In this document: positions 62,906 to 64,000 of the stretch, in pieces
Position numbering within the stretch: the stretch's first letter is position 1
Layout of the letters: each line of letters starts with the position of its first letter
Source: a virus
Taxonomy: Duplodnaviria > Caudoviricetes
Virus record (IMG/VR): IMGVR_UViG_3300042465_007707
Span: 177-64,176 of that record
DNA: 64,000 bases
Reading direction: 5' to 3' (one strand)
Position numbers and translations under genes: made by a program
Notes under the pieces: model-generated
Database searches by the model: none
The model's input: only the letters and a program-made list of their open reading frames with translations
What the model was told of the DNA's origin: nothing

Positions 62906-63669
62906 CTTGTCGTTATTCTTATTTCTTTTAAAACCCTATTAAACTCAATTACAACCTGATAGTTACCCCCTTTTTCTCGTTCATCAGTCATTTCCTCAAC
63001 GCGTTCCTTAATATCGTTAATCAACTCAAAGTTATTGGTAGGAATAACATATTTTAAACCGTCCAAATAGATAACATTGTAAATTTTTGAATCCAGAATA
63101 TCTGTAATGTTACTATTCAAATCCCAAATACCAACATTCGTACTGAAAACTTCTCCTGAAGGAACATGGGGAGTAATATCCAAATCCGTTGGCTTGAATC
63201 CATGAATATTCAAGTCCATCAAAGATTTCAAATCACTCAATTCAGCATCCAACTTAGCTAATTCCTTACACTTAGCCTTCTTTATCGAAGCTTCCTTCTT
63301 ACGTTCCTTTGCCGAAAGTTTTTTACCTTCCAACTCCTGATCCCTTTTCTCAATTGACTTACACAAATACTTAATCCTAGAACTCAGTTTTCGCTTCTTA
63401 GACTTCAATTTAGCGTACTTCTTACCGCACTTGAATAGTTTTACCTTGTACCTGTCAATCTTAACGTCAATCCTTCCTAAACGCCTTGAAGCAATTTCCA
63501 ATCTCTTTTCACTCAATTCACCAGATGTAATCGAAACATTCAATCGTTTACGCTCAACATACAACTTTGACCTTTCTTTGTTGTACTTAACGCATAACTC
63601 CTGCTGTGTAGAACGCTGTCGTTTACCTTCGTTATTTTGCTCCTTAGAAACTTTACCCCCCTTTCTCAT
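62902..63669 (-). CDS. basic coiled-coil protein coupled to the polymerase gene (candidate terminal protein)
   Basis: Lys/Arg-rich N-terminal two-thirds, acidic C-terminal domain; ATGA overlap with polymerase gene. Confidence 0.6.
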   Translation of the reverse strand: MRKGGKVSKEQNNEGKRQRSTQQELCVKYNKERSKLYVERKRLNVSITSGELSEKRLEIASRRLGRIDVKIDRYKVKLFKCGKKYAKLKSKKRKLSSRIKYLCKSIEKRDQELEGKKLSAKERKKEASIKKAKCKELAKLDAELSDLKSLMDLNIHGFKPTDLDITPHVPSGEVFSTNVGIWDLNSNITDILDSKIYNVIYLDGLKYVIPTNNFELINDIKERVEEMTDEREKGGNYQVVIEFNRVLKEIRITTR

Positions 63670-64000
63670 ATCAATATACCAATTATTGTTTTTTAATAGC
63701 TTAAATCGAAAGTTTTGAAGTTAAATAGTCAAATACTCCTTTCAATTACTAAAGATAAGCATTTTTTAAACACTAAACACATTGATATACAACTTTTTAA
63801 CTACAAAAATAGACGAAAATGAACGAAAGTTGAAGGTATGGATCAATTGTTTAAACAAATCTGTTACTATGTAGGTTATATTCCAGAGATGCACTTCGTG
63901 TTTTAATTAGTAGTATAATTTTTTTATCAAAAAATCACACAAGTTTTTTTTAGAAGTGAACTTCTTTTTTTTTGGTTGTTGGGTGGTAGCTCCGTAGGGG

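Noticed and set aside
680-63718. Short antisense ORFs in the track (e.g. 680..877, 1272..1571, 6087..6287, 7076..7324, 10229..10459, 13480..13701, 20470..20808, 28814..29113, 39332..39682, 46104..46382, 63431..63718)
   Set aside because: They lie opposite longer, motif-bearing or operon-coupled genes and show shadow-ORF composition (F/L/S/I-rich)
1-64000. Integrated prophage with att sites or host genes
   Set aside because: No integrase, host housekeeping genes, rRNA or att-like duplication seen in the window

Overview
AT-rich bacteriophage DNA. A Bacteroidota (probably Flavobacteriales-like) host is inferred from TAnnTTTG promoters, absence of Shine-Dalgarno sequences and a DUF4494 gene. 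Almost all genes are on the minus strand. I recognised no terminase, portal, HK97 capsid, tape-measure or integrase gene. Instead the window has an FtsK/HerA (P9/A32-type) packaging ATPase, a candidate single jelly-roll capsid protein plus a paralog, and about 28 small single-pass membrane proteins. This points to a large tailless, membrane-containing dsDNA phage. Other modules: three spike/fibre genes each with a small partner; lysis genes and several peptidoglycan hydrolases; a P1 Dar-like block (N6-MTase, DdrB-like ParB, SNF2 helicase with zeta-like kinase, polyvalent proteins); a RecT/SMC-ATPase/MBL/RusA recombination module. At the right end is a minimal family-B-like polymerase next to a basic protein, possibly for terminal-protein end patching. 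Two short peptide motifs partition the proteome: [FYWM]-[SN]-[NY]-[AF]-[DG]-G in capsid/membrane proteins, and [FY]-x-x-G-G at domain boundaries of cargo proteins. Non-coding features include an attC-like integron cassette, an ACGACAAG leader motif, a 16-bp palindromic operator, a tRNA-like RNA with a short anticodon arm, and iteron-like repeats. All family assignments are by eye from motifs; no searches were run.
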